From NCBI GenBank assembly GCA_030704615.1, contig CM060732.1:12524001-12588000 (forward strand): a stretch of DNA of 64,000 nt, given 5' to 3'. Below the pieces are notes generated by a model that was given only the letters and a program-made list of their open reading frames with translations, had not been told where the DNA came from and searched no databases. How positions within the stretch are numbered: the stretch's first letter is position 1; each line of letters opens with the position of its first letter. The position numbers were made by a program, and so were the translations under genes. Source of the DNA: Takakia lepidozioides. Lineage: Eukaryota; Plantae; Bryophyta. Below are positions 51,510-63,179 of the stretch, piece after piece.

Positions 51510-51654
51510 CATGGAAGGTCTGAAGGGCAGAAGCACTGAAGAGGGCGACTGCCCGAAGAGCCTTCGACACCCCAGGATCTCAGAATATGGTCTCGTCTTG
51601 TAGAGGGGTGTGCCAGCAGACAAGGGGCATAAGAGGGGCGGAAATGCCACGCAG

Positions 51655-51925
51655 TGGTCTTGCGATATGATCATCGGTGGATATTCCGGACGCGAGAGCC
51701 TGTGGAAGGACTGCAAGCTTTGCCATCTTGGAACAGGTACTCGGAGGACTTTTGGAAAGAAAGGATTCGGGCTTGCCCGCATGGTGTTGGACGACAGAGG
51801 CTTGTGGTTGTCCTGGCGAGCAGAGGAAAAAACACTCAGACAGGAGGAATTGCGAAGTGGACCCGCAGAGCGCCGCCCGGATTCTGAAAGAAGAAGTGGA
51901 CGTGCATCAACACACTGGGCCTTCG
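51655..51925 (+). pseudogene. Possible N4/N6 DNA amino-methyltransferase-like remnant
   Basis: Reading across ~4 single-base frameshifts gives CDMIIVDIPD..PVEGLQALPSWNRYSEDFWKKGFGLARMVLDDRG.LVVVL. This resembles motif IV (DLIITDPPY) and the downstream rvLkxxG strand. Confidence 0.3.
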
Positions 51926-53349
51926 CGTCGGAAGCGGAAGGAAGGTGATTACGACACTGGCACTCGTCCATTCATTGCCTTGGGTGTTTTCAAAAGCGGT
52001 GCCCCGCATTCGGTTTCTAATCAGTCCCCCCTGTGTATGCCAGACGAAGCAGTTCGATGCATAATGCTTTGTGAAGGAGAACGTCCACCTTTGCTTTCCG
52101 GAAGGAGGAGAGGAAAGGTTGAACCGAACTGCGACCCCTCAATTACGACGTCTGTTCAACAACATATCCCAAGAACGAATTGTCCATCATAGCCTCACTT
52201 CAACGGAACCCCTGCGCGTACTCACGGACTAGGAGCCTGCCTTCATTCAGACAATTATGGAGACCATGCACAGACGTGGAGGGCACAGTGCTCGACATCA
52301 TAACTGTGGGACAGGTATGGTAGAATCTTGATCTATGCTGTTCATGCAAATTCTCGTAGGATGTAGTTCGAACATCTGAAGCGCCATGTGGTAATGTGTG
52401 GATGGATTGAACAGGTGCTCAATGTGGCGCGGGCGTGGTGAGTTTCCGACCGACACTCTTTGCCTACGAGGAGCGATTAATCCGTGATGGGGATCCCATC
52501 TGGAAGGGCCTCCTTGCACGGAATGTTAAGGCTCCCAACAGAGTGGAAGTCTCCTCGGATTTCGTCGGAGTCGAGGAAGACCCAGTGGAACATTGATGCG
52601 GAGGAGAACCCGGAATACGAGTGAGTGCAAAATTGTAAGTTTGCAAAAGCCTTCTGGGTCATTTTTGTCAAACGAATTTCCCGAATGGTGGATTCTCAGT
52701 AGTCTCGTTGATGATTGTCATGTGCAGGATTTGCAGGATGGGGGTCGGGTCGAAACATGTAGGGCACACTTCCTGCCAGAAGAATGTCCCGTTCTTTGCG
52801 ATGGCGACTTCATGACGAGCCCGGTGAGGGACTCTCCCTTCCTAGTTAGGACAGCTAAACTCGCAAATACAGCGATTAGAAGAAGTGAGAATCCCAGTAA
52901 AAGTTAGCGAGCAGATTTTGGAGAGAGGCTAGCGGAGGACAGAAGGATAAGGAAAGAGTTGAGCCCAGCAGCCAGACAGGTAGACGGCTACGAAAGTACA
53001 TATGTGATTCAGCGGATGAGAGCGACGCAGACGGGAGGAAGACGACCGAACGGAGTGTTGGGGATGAGATGCGACAGTTCCGCAAGGGGAAGATGGATTT
53101 TCGAAAAGCCTGGCCAACGAGCGAGTCCGCTAGAAGATGAGAAAGGCACTGAGGGGGTGGAGGCGGAGCCGAGGACAGTCTAGATGAGGATTCGATGATT
53201 TTACAAGATATAATAGAATTTTAATGAAGTCTCTGTAAATGTAAATTCTCTTCCAGAGTATATAAAGGAAATCTCCCCGACATTCGTGAACCCCTCTCCC
53301 AAGTGTGCATTCCAGCCACACAATCGCCCAAACCACGACGCTCCAAAAT

Positions 53350-54125
53350 CAGAAATGGGGCACCGCATTTCCAAAATTTTGGCAACTCTAAAAACCTCTT
53401 TGGAAATGCAGGGGCACGCATTTCCTAAAACAGGGGAGGGACTAAATTTTCCATTTCAATGTGGCCATAGTAAAAAGATAATCGGCCGCCGATTGGAAAT
53501 GCGGTGCCGCATTTCCAAAATTTCCTTTGTCCACACGCCAGTTTTGGCCTCTCCCGATCATTGCATGGATGCCACCACGCTACAGAGGTCGAACAGGGAG
53601 GTCGCAAAAGGAGGTCGAGATGGCGGATTTGGAAAAATGCACCGGCCCATGCCCGCATTCATTTGGGATGGTCGTTGTTCGAACTGCAGGCCCATCAGCA
53701 AAAATGGCCAACCGCATTCCATTGTCAAAAAAAAGTCGATGACGGACATGGTAATGCGTCGCCGATTTCCAGAACGGACATCGCAATTTGTCCATTTGCA
53801 GACCCTCTCACGGAAAAAATGCGGTAACGCATTCCATCGCAGCTAGTCGGAAATGGGTGCACTTTCGAAATGTTGGACGGAAATGCGGCACCGCATTCCC
53901 TTGTCCAAAAAGAAGGTTTCTCTGCCAAGCTGGAAAAAGCGAAATGCCGTCACCGCATTTGCAATGCCAACCTCGTTGTCTGTCCAATTTATAGACCCGG
54001 TTGGGTATTTCGTAGCTTTACCTGACGACTGAAATGATGCACCGCATCCATTGTCAGAACACTGAAATGCGGTTACTATACATTCCATGTCGACAGGAAA
54101 TGCGAGCCACCGCATTCCAATGTCC
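53350..54125. repeat. Second, degenerate cluster of the GAAATGCGG..CCGCATTTC palindrome (~10-12 copies)
   Basis: Copies near 53353, 53402, 53495, 53817, 53879, 53941, 54064 and 54096. Confidence 0.8.
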
Positions 54126-56469
54126 GACATTGGCGTTACTCTGGTATATCCTGACACATGACTCTCACTACCGGTTTACTCTGGTATATTCATCCGGACA
54201 GACACAATTGTAGAAATGAAGACATCAAATTGTAAACAGCGCGCCAAATTCCGACAGTTATTCAACAGAATAGCCGAAACACAATCCATACAGAAGTGAG
54301 GTACGATGGGTTTATTGATCGGACACGAGGTCTCACATTTACCACTGCAGACAAAACTAAGCCCTTCCTCCTTCACATGGGCTTCACCAAGTACGACGGA
54401 CTTCGATACCCCTCAAAACAGCTCATCACTGTTCGCGGCACCTCGAGGTAAAATGCCAATTTCGGTCGTTCTGCTGCTGCCTTGCTGGAGCCGACGACAA
54501 TGTCATGTCGATCAATGATACCACCAGTCATACATTGACAAGGTCACGGTGTGCATACATGTGCCCGTGCCGATTCGTCTCGCAACTCAGCCGAATGTTC
54601 CATACACTGGAAGAGCCGGAGTGATCTGCACGCTATATAGTGTTTCCCTGCATGGTGCGTACCTATCTGGTCCACTGAGCAGCAGTTCCAGCCGCCAAAG
54701 CGAGGCCGTGCGTGATCTGTCCGGATCCCTCCTTCCAGCTTGGTATATAAGGGTCAACAATTTTCAGGACCCAACGGACCAAATTGACCCCCGCAAATCA
54801 CCTCGCTCAAAGCGTAAGAGCCCTCCAGATACTTTCCCATTGCGCGCAAACTCTTGCTTATTCCAGCAGCGTCTGGAACCAGAGAGCCCACAATGATGTC
54901 TCCTGTTCCTGGTTTGAACATATCATAATCGTGGCCATGGATAAGGGCAGTCCGCTGGTTTCGGCGGCACGGCATCCTTGAAAAAGAGGTAGCGGAGTAC
55001 GCTCAATGACATCAGCTCCCGGATGGCGGAGGAACAGCGCGGTGGCTGGAAAAGTTCAAGCTAACGTTGCAATTCCTCACAACACTCCAGGCACATTTTA
55101 ATTTCCCCCCCTACAGGATCCTGGACCGATGAAGATTGGCTGCTGCATGAATGTAGCCGTTTCAGTTTCCAGTTTCCTACCCTGCCATGCAAACTTGGCA
55201 GTCACTGCCAGGTTGGCCGATAGCCACTGGACACGACGACGTCCATCCCCTCTTCGATGTAAATGCGGCGCCAAATTTCCCATCCGGGGATGGACTTCGG
55301 TGGCAGATCTCAAACTATAACTTGTTGATGAGAAAGATGTATGGGTTCATCCACCGCTAGCGTGATGAACACGTTCCACCTCCGTCGTGTGGTACGTTGG
55401 ACCCCAGATGCTCCATTATTGGCGGCCGGACTGCTCTTCTTCCCCTCCATTTCATTTTCCAAATCTAAGGGCTTCGTAGCTTGTCCGCAAGGTCATCAGC
55501 ATCCAAGTCGTCCTCAAGGGTCCTCTCTTGCAGGATGCGTGCTTCCGGAACCGGGACGACTGCCCATTTGGAGCATCGATTATGCAATGTATTCGGCCAC
55601 ATCGGGAGACATTGTTATCTGTACACAATTACAGAGAAGATACTGGTTCGATTGTGGAAACATTGGTGGCTTTTGAGTATATCTAGGCCACTACGCTTCG
55701 AGCGGGGTGACATCTTGGTCTGAGGGAGTCCGTGGCTCCTGCGCATCCTCGATTCCGATTTCCCAGCTACGGACGGTCACCCATGCAGAAGAAGGCGCAC
55801 TGCTATGCTGTTGCGGTGGAACTGCTGCCACTGGACGTGGGTGGACTCCATCGGAGAGACCTATCTCCTGAAGGAGTGCGCTCCTCTTCTCCATTGTATG
55901 GGGACATTCGCATTGGTGTGGACGACGAAAACGTGAAGATTTCATATTCGATGGTGGTATGATTGAAGGGCAGGACATTGTGGTGAACATCACTAGGGGC
56001 GATACAACGGCTACAATCGATTTTACCTGGAGGAGCCCCATGACTCATGAGCTAGTTCTGAGAGCAGTCGAAGTCCCATTGACAACGTGACTTGTATTCA
56101 GTAGGCACAGGGCTAAAGATTTGATTGCACAATCAGCACAGTAGACGTGCTTCAAATGCAATTCATGTGGATCAATAAAAACCTCATTGTGCCCTGTTTT
56201 TATTCTATTCTGTGTCCATCGTTCCGAGAATGCGTCATTGCTCATTTCGTTTGGGATTGGGAGTGTGGGTGGATTTTGCAAGTGGCTGGTAGGCTGAAAT
56301 GGGCCCCCATTGTACAGAGCAGTACCACCCTACCATTCGCGAAACATTGCCTTTCAATATATAATTCTAAATAACATTGCCGAACCTCCTTCATCGGGAG
56401 GTCCTTCTCCCCCTATGACCGTGGCACCCTAAACCCTATTCCCGCGGACACTCATTTCCGGAAAATAGT

Positions 56470-56553
56470 GCTGCTCATGTTTTTTTCCACACTTACGACT
56501 CTGCTCATGGCTCATGCTGCTCATGGCTCATGGCTCATGAAATAGCAGCCCCC
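56470..56553 (-). repeat. Right TIR and subterminal GCTCATG repeats
   Basis: Inverted counterpart of 41199-41330. Confidence 0.85.
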
Positions 56554-59025
56554 TTCTTTTGCATTCCTTCAAATAGTTGCACGACCTCCCTATGACAACC
56601 ATGTTGTGCATATCATGCGATCATCACATTCCACGACACCACATCTCGTTCAGCCATATTGTTGAACACTCCCTTTGCATCCTCCATGCACCCACATTTG
56701 GGATACATGTCCACCAGGGTAGTGTTCAGGATCACATCTGGTACAATTCCAGCTCTGACGATGTCGCCATGCACCTCTTCGCCCTTTCCCAGGGCTGCCA
56801 GGCTTGCACACGCACTGCAAACGCACACAAACAAGATGTGGTCGGGCTTCACCCCGTCGCACATCATTTGCTCATAGGTCTCCAAAGCCTCCATCCCACG
56901 TCCCTGTTGTGCATACCCTGCAAGCATCGCACTCCACGACACCACATCTCGTTCAGCCATAGTGTTGAACACTCCCTTTGCATCCTAGATGCACCCACAT
57001 TTTGCAAACATGTCTACCAGGGTCTTGTTCAGGATGACATCTGGTACAATTCCAGCTCTGAAGATGTCGCCATGCACCTCTTTCCCTTTTTCCAGAGCTG
57101 CCAAGGCAGTGTTCAGATTGACATTTGGTACAATTCTAGCTTTGATGATATCCCCATGCACCTCTTTGCCCTTCTCCAGGGCTGCCAGGCTTGCACAAGC
57201 ATTGCAAATGCACACAAACATGATGTGTTTCCCCCATCATTTGCTCATAGGTCTCCAAAGCCTCCATCCCACGTCCCTGTTGTGCATACCCTGCAAGCAT
57301 CGCACTCCACGACACCACATCTCGTCCAGCCATACTGTCAAACACTCCCTTTGCATCCTAGATGCACCCACATTTTGCAAACATGTCCACCACGGTATTC
57401 TTCATAATGACATCTGGTACAATTCCAGCTCTGAAGATGTCGCCATGGACCTCTTTCCCCTTTTCCAGAGCTGCCAGGGCAATGTTCAGATTGACATTTG
57501 GTACAATTCCAACTTTGATGATATCCCCATGCACCTCTTTGCCCTTCTCCAGGGCTGCCAGGCTTGCACAAGCATTGCAAATGCACACAAACATGATGTG
57601 CTTCCCCCATCATTCGCTCATAGGTCTCCAAAGTCTCCATCCCACATCCCTGTTGTGCATACCCTGCAAGCATGGCACTCCACGACACCACATCTCGTTC
57701 ACCCATGATGTCGAAAACTCCCTTTACATCCTAGATGCACCCACATTTTGCAAACATGTCCACCAGGGTATTGTTCAGAATGACATCATGTACAATTCCA
57801 GCTCTTAAGATGTCCCCATGGACCTCTTTCGCTTTTTCCAGAGCTGCCAGGGTAGTGTTCAGATTGACATTTGGTACAATTTCAGCTTTGATGATATCCC
57901 CATGCACCTCTTTGCCCTTCTCCAGGGCTGCCAGGCTTGCACAAGCATTGCAAATGCACACAAACATGATGTGCTTCCCCCATCATTCGCTCATAGGTCT
58001 CCAAAGCCTCCATCCCACGTCCCTGTTGTGCATACCTTGCAAGCATCGCACTCCACGACACCACATCTGGTTCAGCCATACTGTCGAACACTCCCTTTGC
58101 ATCTTAGATGCACCCACATTTTGCAAACATGTCTACCAGGGTATTGTTCAGAATGACAAGTGCTACAATTCCAGCTTTGAAGATGTCGCCATGGACCTCT
58201 TTCCCCTTTTCCAGAGCTGCCAGGGCAGTGTTTAGAATGACATTTGGTACAATTCCAGCTTTGACGATATCCCCATGCACCTCTTTGCCCTTCTCTAGGG
58301 CTGCTAGGCTTGCACGAGGCCACATCCTGTTCAGCCATAGTGTGGAACACTCCCTTTGCATCCTAGATGCACCCACATTTTGCAAACATGTCCACTAGGC
58401 TATTGTTCAGAATGACATCTGGTACAATTCCACCTCTGAAGATGTCGCCATGGACCTCTTTCCCCATTTCCAGAGCTGCCAGGGCAGTGTTTAGAATGAC
58501 ATTTGGTACAATTTCAGCTTTGACGATATCCCCATGCACCTCTTTGCCCTTCTCTAGGGCTGCCAGGCTTGCACGACGCCACATCCTGTTCAGCCATAGT
58601 GTTGAACACTCCCTTTGCATCCTAGATGCACCCACATTTTGCAAACAAGTCCACTAGGCTATTGTTCAGAATGACATCTGGTACGATACCAGCTCTGAAG
58701 ATGTCGCCATGCACCTCTTCCCCCTTTTCCAGAGCTGCCAGGGCAGTGTTTAGAATGACATTTGGTACAATTTCAGCTTTGACGATATCCCCATGCACCT
58801 CTTTGCCCTTCTCTAGGGCTGCCAGGCTTGCACGACGCCACATCCTGTTCAGCCATAGTGTTGAACACTCCCTTTGCATCCTAGATGCACCCACATTTTG
58901 CAAACAAGTCCACTAGGCTATTGTTCAGAATGACATCTGGTACGATACCAGCTCTGAAGATGTCGCCATGCACCTCTTCCCCCTTTTCCAGAGCTGCCAA
59001 GGCAGTGATTAGAATGACATTTAGT
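56554..59025 (-). pseudogene. 5' part of the PLS-class PPR gene, with frameshifting tandem duplications
   Basis: Repeats of DVVSWSAMLAGYAQQG, ACASLAALEKGKEVH and LVDMFAKCGC. Units of 373 bp (56985, 57358, 57731, 58104) and 259 bp (58104, 58363, 58622, 58881). Confidence 0.9.
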
Positions 59026-59641
59026 AGATTTGTGAAGGGGAAGATGAATGTTGGGCAGAGTTCCGCACCAGTCATCGAATCAGCAGACACCTTTCGGTTT
59101 CCAAATATACTACATGTCCCCGAGCCCCCCTAGATCCAATTGCTTGCCGGTTTACGCGGAAGCTTGCGCACGGGTGTTATCCGAACAAACACTGTATTCG
59201 CATCTCCATGAAGGTCGTGGAAAAAAAAAACGTCGTGCTGTTGTATTCATAGATGATATTGCTGTAAACTCTGGAAGTGGTTCCTCTGAAACCTCCAATA
59301 TTTCTTTAGGTTCAAGTACCGAGGCTCAATACATTGTGTTTTGGTTTTGCTTCCATCTCCAAACTGTTTTTCAAGTTCTTTGCGCGTTCCCGTAAGTACA
59401 GTTAGGGATTGCCTAGGATAGGTCTTCGGATTGCGGAATTGAAAAATGTTTGTGTGTTGGAATGAATGTACTGCTTTGCACAAAAAAAATGTTTGCTTTT
59501 AATATTCAGTTCTCTAGTGGGCGATCTCCTCATTCCAAAGTCATGACCTCAATCATAATTCATCCGCAAACCTGCCGGTGACTTCCTACATGAACTTGCT
59601 CTATCTACTGTACCAGATGTGATAAAAGAATTATATACCAA

Positions 59642-59880
59642 CAGTCAGTAGCTCAGATGGTTAAGTGCACTAAGTGCCACCTAGATGATTCTGGGGTCAA
59701 ATCTTGCTTCTGACGGGTGTGGTATGGTTCCTGGGCGGTGTCCCACTCATTCCCCTCCATGGTGCATAAATGAAAGAGGTTATTTTCTTCTCTCACTACT
59801 AAGGGGCCTGATTTGTGAGCTGTCCATCCCAGGTATTTTTTTTTAAATTTTTTTTAAAAACAAAATAAAAATAAAAATAT
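59642..59880 (+). mobile_element. tRNA-derived SINE-like element
   Basis: A-box-like TAGCTCAGATGG and degenerate B-box GGTCAAATC at tRNA spacing, followed by ~120 bp of body and a T/A-rich tail. Confidence 0.45.
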
Positions 59881-61259
59881 GTGGGGAGCCATGAGAGCAT
59901 CTGGTCAATCATCAGATGCAGTGATTGTTCAGCCAATTGTTCTAGGATTTCTCAGAGCTAATGAAAATATTTTCCTAGAGCTTTATGCCTTGAAACATGC
60001 ATTTGGAGATTTGGTATTTGGAGTTTGTTTGAGATTTTAGGCATTTTTTTTATAAAGTTTCTGGAATTTCGGCAGTTTTTCCTAAATTTTCACATAATTA
60101 TTAGGCAGATTCATTTCTAATTATTTAGTGTCGGATCAGCCTTCCCACTACGGTAGTGTGGATTTTTCTATGTTATAAGTGTTTGCGTTTGTAATTTGTA
60201 ACCAACAGTTAGTACTGACTCATTGACGTATTTACGAAAACAATAGTCCAGAAATAAGTAATGCGAATGTATAATTACCCTCGGTATAAAGGGTTATGGT
60301 TATTTTAGAGGAGAGATATTCTAGTGTAAATATTAATTATTCAGTAAACAACAACAAATTAATTTCAATTAACCAACTTTATTATTTCTTTTCTTTTTGA
60401 ATAATTTTATGTATATGTTCAAAAGATAGAGACACTGATTTATTTAGTTTTTACTAGTACCCATTAATTTAGGTGAGTCAAGAATATATAATTAATTAGA
60501 TCATTATGAGGAAAAGATCAGCCCAACAAACAATATTACTATAACCAAAATAAAAGAAGAGAATCAAAAACTAACTATAGAAAAGCAGTGTGGCGGCTAT
60601 CGGGATTTGAAACCCCAACCTCGAATGTGCGAGCGAAATTTCTAACCGATAAGTCCCTCAAGTTATATTCGAGCCAACTTGTCTATCTAAGTACTTATAG
60701 GGCTATTACAAAGGTTCTGAACAGATGAACAAAACTAAATAAGTTGCGGCCAGCAGGAGTTAAACCCCCAACCCCATAAGTGTAAACGACCAGACTAACC
60801 ATCAAACTAACCTAGAGATGTTGTTATAAGAGGGTTTCTTCTAGTTATTTAAACACAATAGTCAAATCTCACTCTTTAACATGGCCTGGCAGTTAGAATT
60901 CCTTGTTTTCAAAAATTCATAAGTCCCTACTACATTCTTTGATTCACTTGTTGTAAGCAGAAGCTCTAACCTAAGCTTTACTCAACAAGATTCTGGAATT
61001 AGTTTGTGAATCAAGGTTCATAAAAAGGTTTTAACTCAAATCGTGGCTGCTCATAATAATAACAAAACTATTTGCAGTCAAGAATTGACCCTGTTCAAAA
61101 ATTCCTAATTCTGCACTCACCACTTGTTTTCCTTAAATTTGAATCAGATTCCCATTAACATTCTTCCTTCTATGAGCTTCAATCAGCACCTCTTCTAGAT
61201 CATCCAAACACTAATTAAGGCCTCAGCTTGAAGTTAGTAATTTAATCAATAATAGTCGA

Positions 61260-62498
61260 TGTGTTGGGTCAACAAAGAAAACAAACTAAGTCACATCCTA
61301 GTATGACTTCCCAATTGAAAATCGATAGGGCGGTATTATGATGACCAGCCGCCTTCAACTCAAATACCCAAGGCTCGTTACATGGAAAGGACACAAGAGA
61401 ACAGAGCAAGGAATAAAAAAGAAAAAAAAAAACAAACAACCAAGACGAGACACTTCTTTACAACGATTCGGTTGTAGCTTCGGAGTGCTAGATTTCCAAG
61501 GTCGTTTCCCCTAGCTCGGCATAAATCTAGGACTGTCTAGGATATCTGAAATTCAGACTCGAGTTTGTCTCTATAGAACTTCAGGTAGGTATAGAGGGTA
61601 GTCTTATACGAAATAGTCAACTACTCGAGGTAGATTTTCCCACACGGCGCTCACCCGAGCACTAGTCCCGAACTGATGTCGCTGGTGGTGCAGGTCTGAT
61701 GAATTCTACCCACGGACTGATCTGAGTTGCTATAGTACGGACAACCGATCAGATTATAGAGAGGGTATGTACATGAACACTCAAAGGGAATCTAGACAAT
61801 AAGAAGCTTCTCTAATTCAATAATGCAAGTCTCGGTGTACCACACTACTTACTTCCACTAATACGACACCTTGATCCCAACGACTTGCGGCTGTAATATT
61901 TAACAACATCTAGCATACACTAAAACGAAGAAAGAGAGCGAAGAGGGAGAGAGCGAAGAGGAAGAGAGGGAGCGAGAGAAATAAGAACTAGATTGTCTCT
62001 GTTCTCCCTTTCGTCGGCTGATTTATAGCAGTCCGTCGCCCTACATCCGTCACTTGTTTTGACGACTGTCATCCATCCCTTTCTCAAAAAAATAATAAAT
62101 TACCACTGGTGCATTTAAGCACCGACACCTAGTTAAAGTTTTTAATTAATTTTCCCTAGAGTGTCCATTAATATAACATATAATCTTTTTATTTTAATCC
62201 TTCAGATCTGCTCCCTCCACCTGAACGGACCAGATCGAACCACGTGTTTTTCCTCCATCCATTGTCATCCAGAAATCCAGCCCGTAATCCATCCATCCAT
62301 GGTTCCATCCGCTGATTTCATCCATTTTCTTTCTTCCTCATAATTTTCATTCATCTGTAACTTTCATCCATCCAAGGACATGACCAACTTAAGTTGGTAC
62401 ATGACCAACTTACATTGATACATGAGCCGTTTTAAGTCCTCATGAATGTTGCTCCTCATCCATGTCATTCATCCGTTTGGGAAGTGGGGATCGCTACC
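61260..62498 (-). mobile_element. LTR-like non-coding remnant truncating the kelch pseudogene
   Basis: Ends GGGGATCGCTACC, similar to a TGTAGCGATCCCC LTR start on the minus strand. It has a CATCC-rich block and an abrupt junction near the end of the kelch sequence. Confidence 0.3.
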
Positions 62499-62499
62499 C

Positions 62500-63179
62500 T
62501 TGATCAACCAATATCCAGCGGTTCACATTTATCCTTGTTTTCCCATTAGCTCCCTTTCCCGTGCTATGTTGAGGTCAGGGAGAGGTTCCCATGTTTGAAG
62601 TAGCGAGTTGTAGCGTTTGATTGCTTTGAGAGTCGTCTATTGGTGATACTTCCAGTACAAATAGACATATTTGCCCACATTTGCTGAGTCAAAAAGACAT
62701 CGATCTTGAATCATTCTTGGCGTTGAAGACTATTCGTTGAGTTCTAAATCATACCTCCATACCATGTAGCCTCTAGGGTATTGTCCGCAAACCAAAAGCT
62801 GAGTTCCTATAACTGCCGACTCCTTGTCAGAAACTTCAAAGGTATAATCCACAGGGCAGCCTGGCAGACAACGCCAACGCGTACTAACGGAATCGAACGC
62901 CCACCACTTTCGTGCACTTATGAGAGGTTGTACATTGTGTGCAGGACCAGCCAACATGTAAACTCATTCCTCCTAGATTTCTACCCATTTGCGAGTCTCA
63001 AGGACGTCGTTGCGGCCTTTGTCATCAACCACCGCTAGCACATTCTGCCATTTCTTACAACCACCTTTCAACGGTAAATAATAAGAGCGAGGCACCCGTG
63101 CAACGCATTCTAGTGTCACATGGTCTGTCAATCCCGGAATCAAGGAGTTGTCCTTTGACTGGTCCTCCGGCTCTGCCAT
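62500..63179 (-). pseudogene. F-box/kelch-repeat protein pseudogene (SKIP11-like)
   Basis: LIPGLTDHVTLECVARVPR F-box, SDKESAVIGTQLLVCG and kelch motifs (WRYD, RCLF, YNSLLQTWEPLPDL). Multiple in-frame stops (62973, 62730). Confidence 0.85.

Larger units (their letters stand above)
41199..56553. mobile_element. Giant (15,355 bp) Mutator-like element 2 with both termini and an 8-bp TSD
   Basis: TSD TTCTTTTG at 41191-41198 and 56554-56561. Imperfect TIRs: GAGGTTTACTATTTCATGAGC versus (revcomp) GGGGGCTGCTATTTCATGAGC, followed by CATGAGC subterminal repeats. Removing the element restores the PPR frame LFEGMQKNGLKP. Confidence 0.9.

Noticed and set aside
56577-59133. Plus-strand ORFs over the PPR region
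   Set aside because: Antisense shadows of the PPR repeats.
59642-59714. Functional tRNA gene
   Set aside because: B-box and stems are degenerate and it is followed by a body and tail; better explained as SINE-like.
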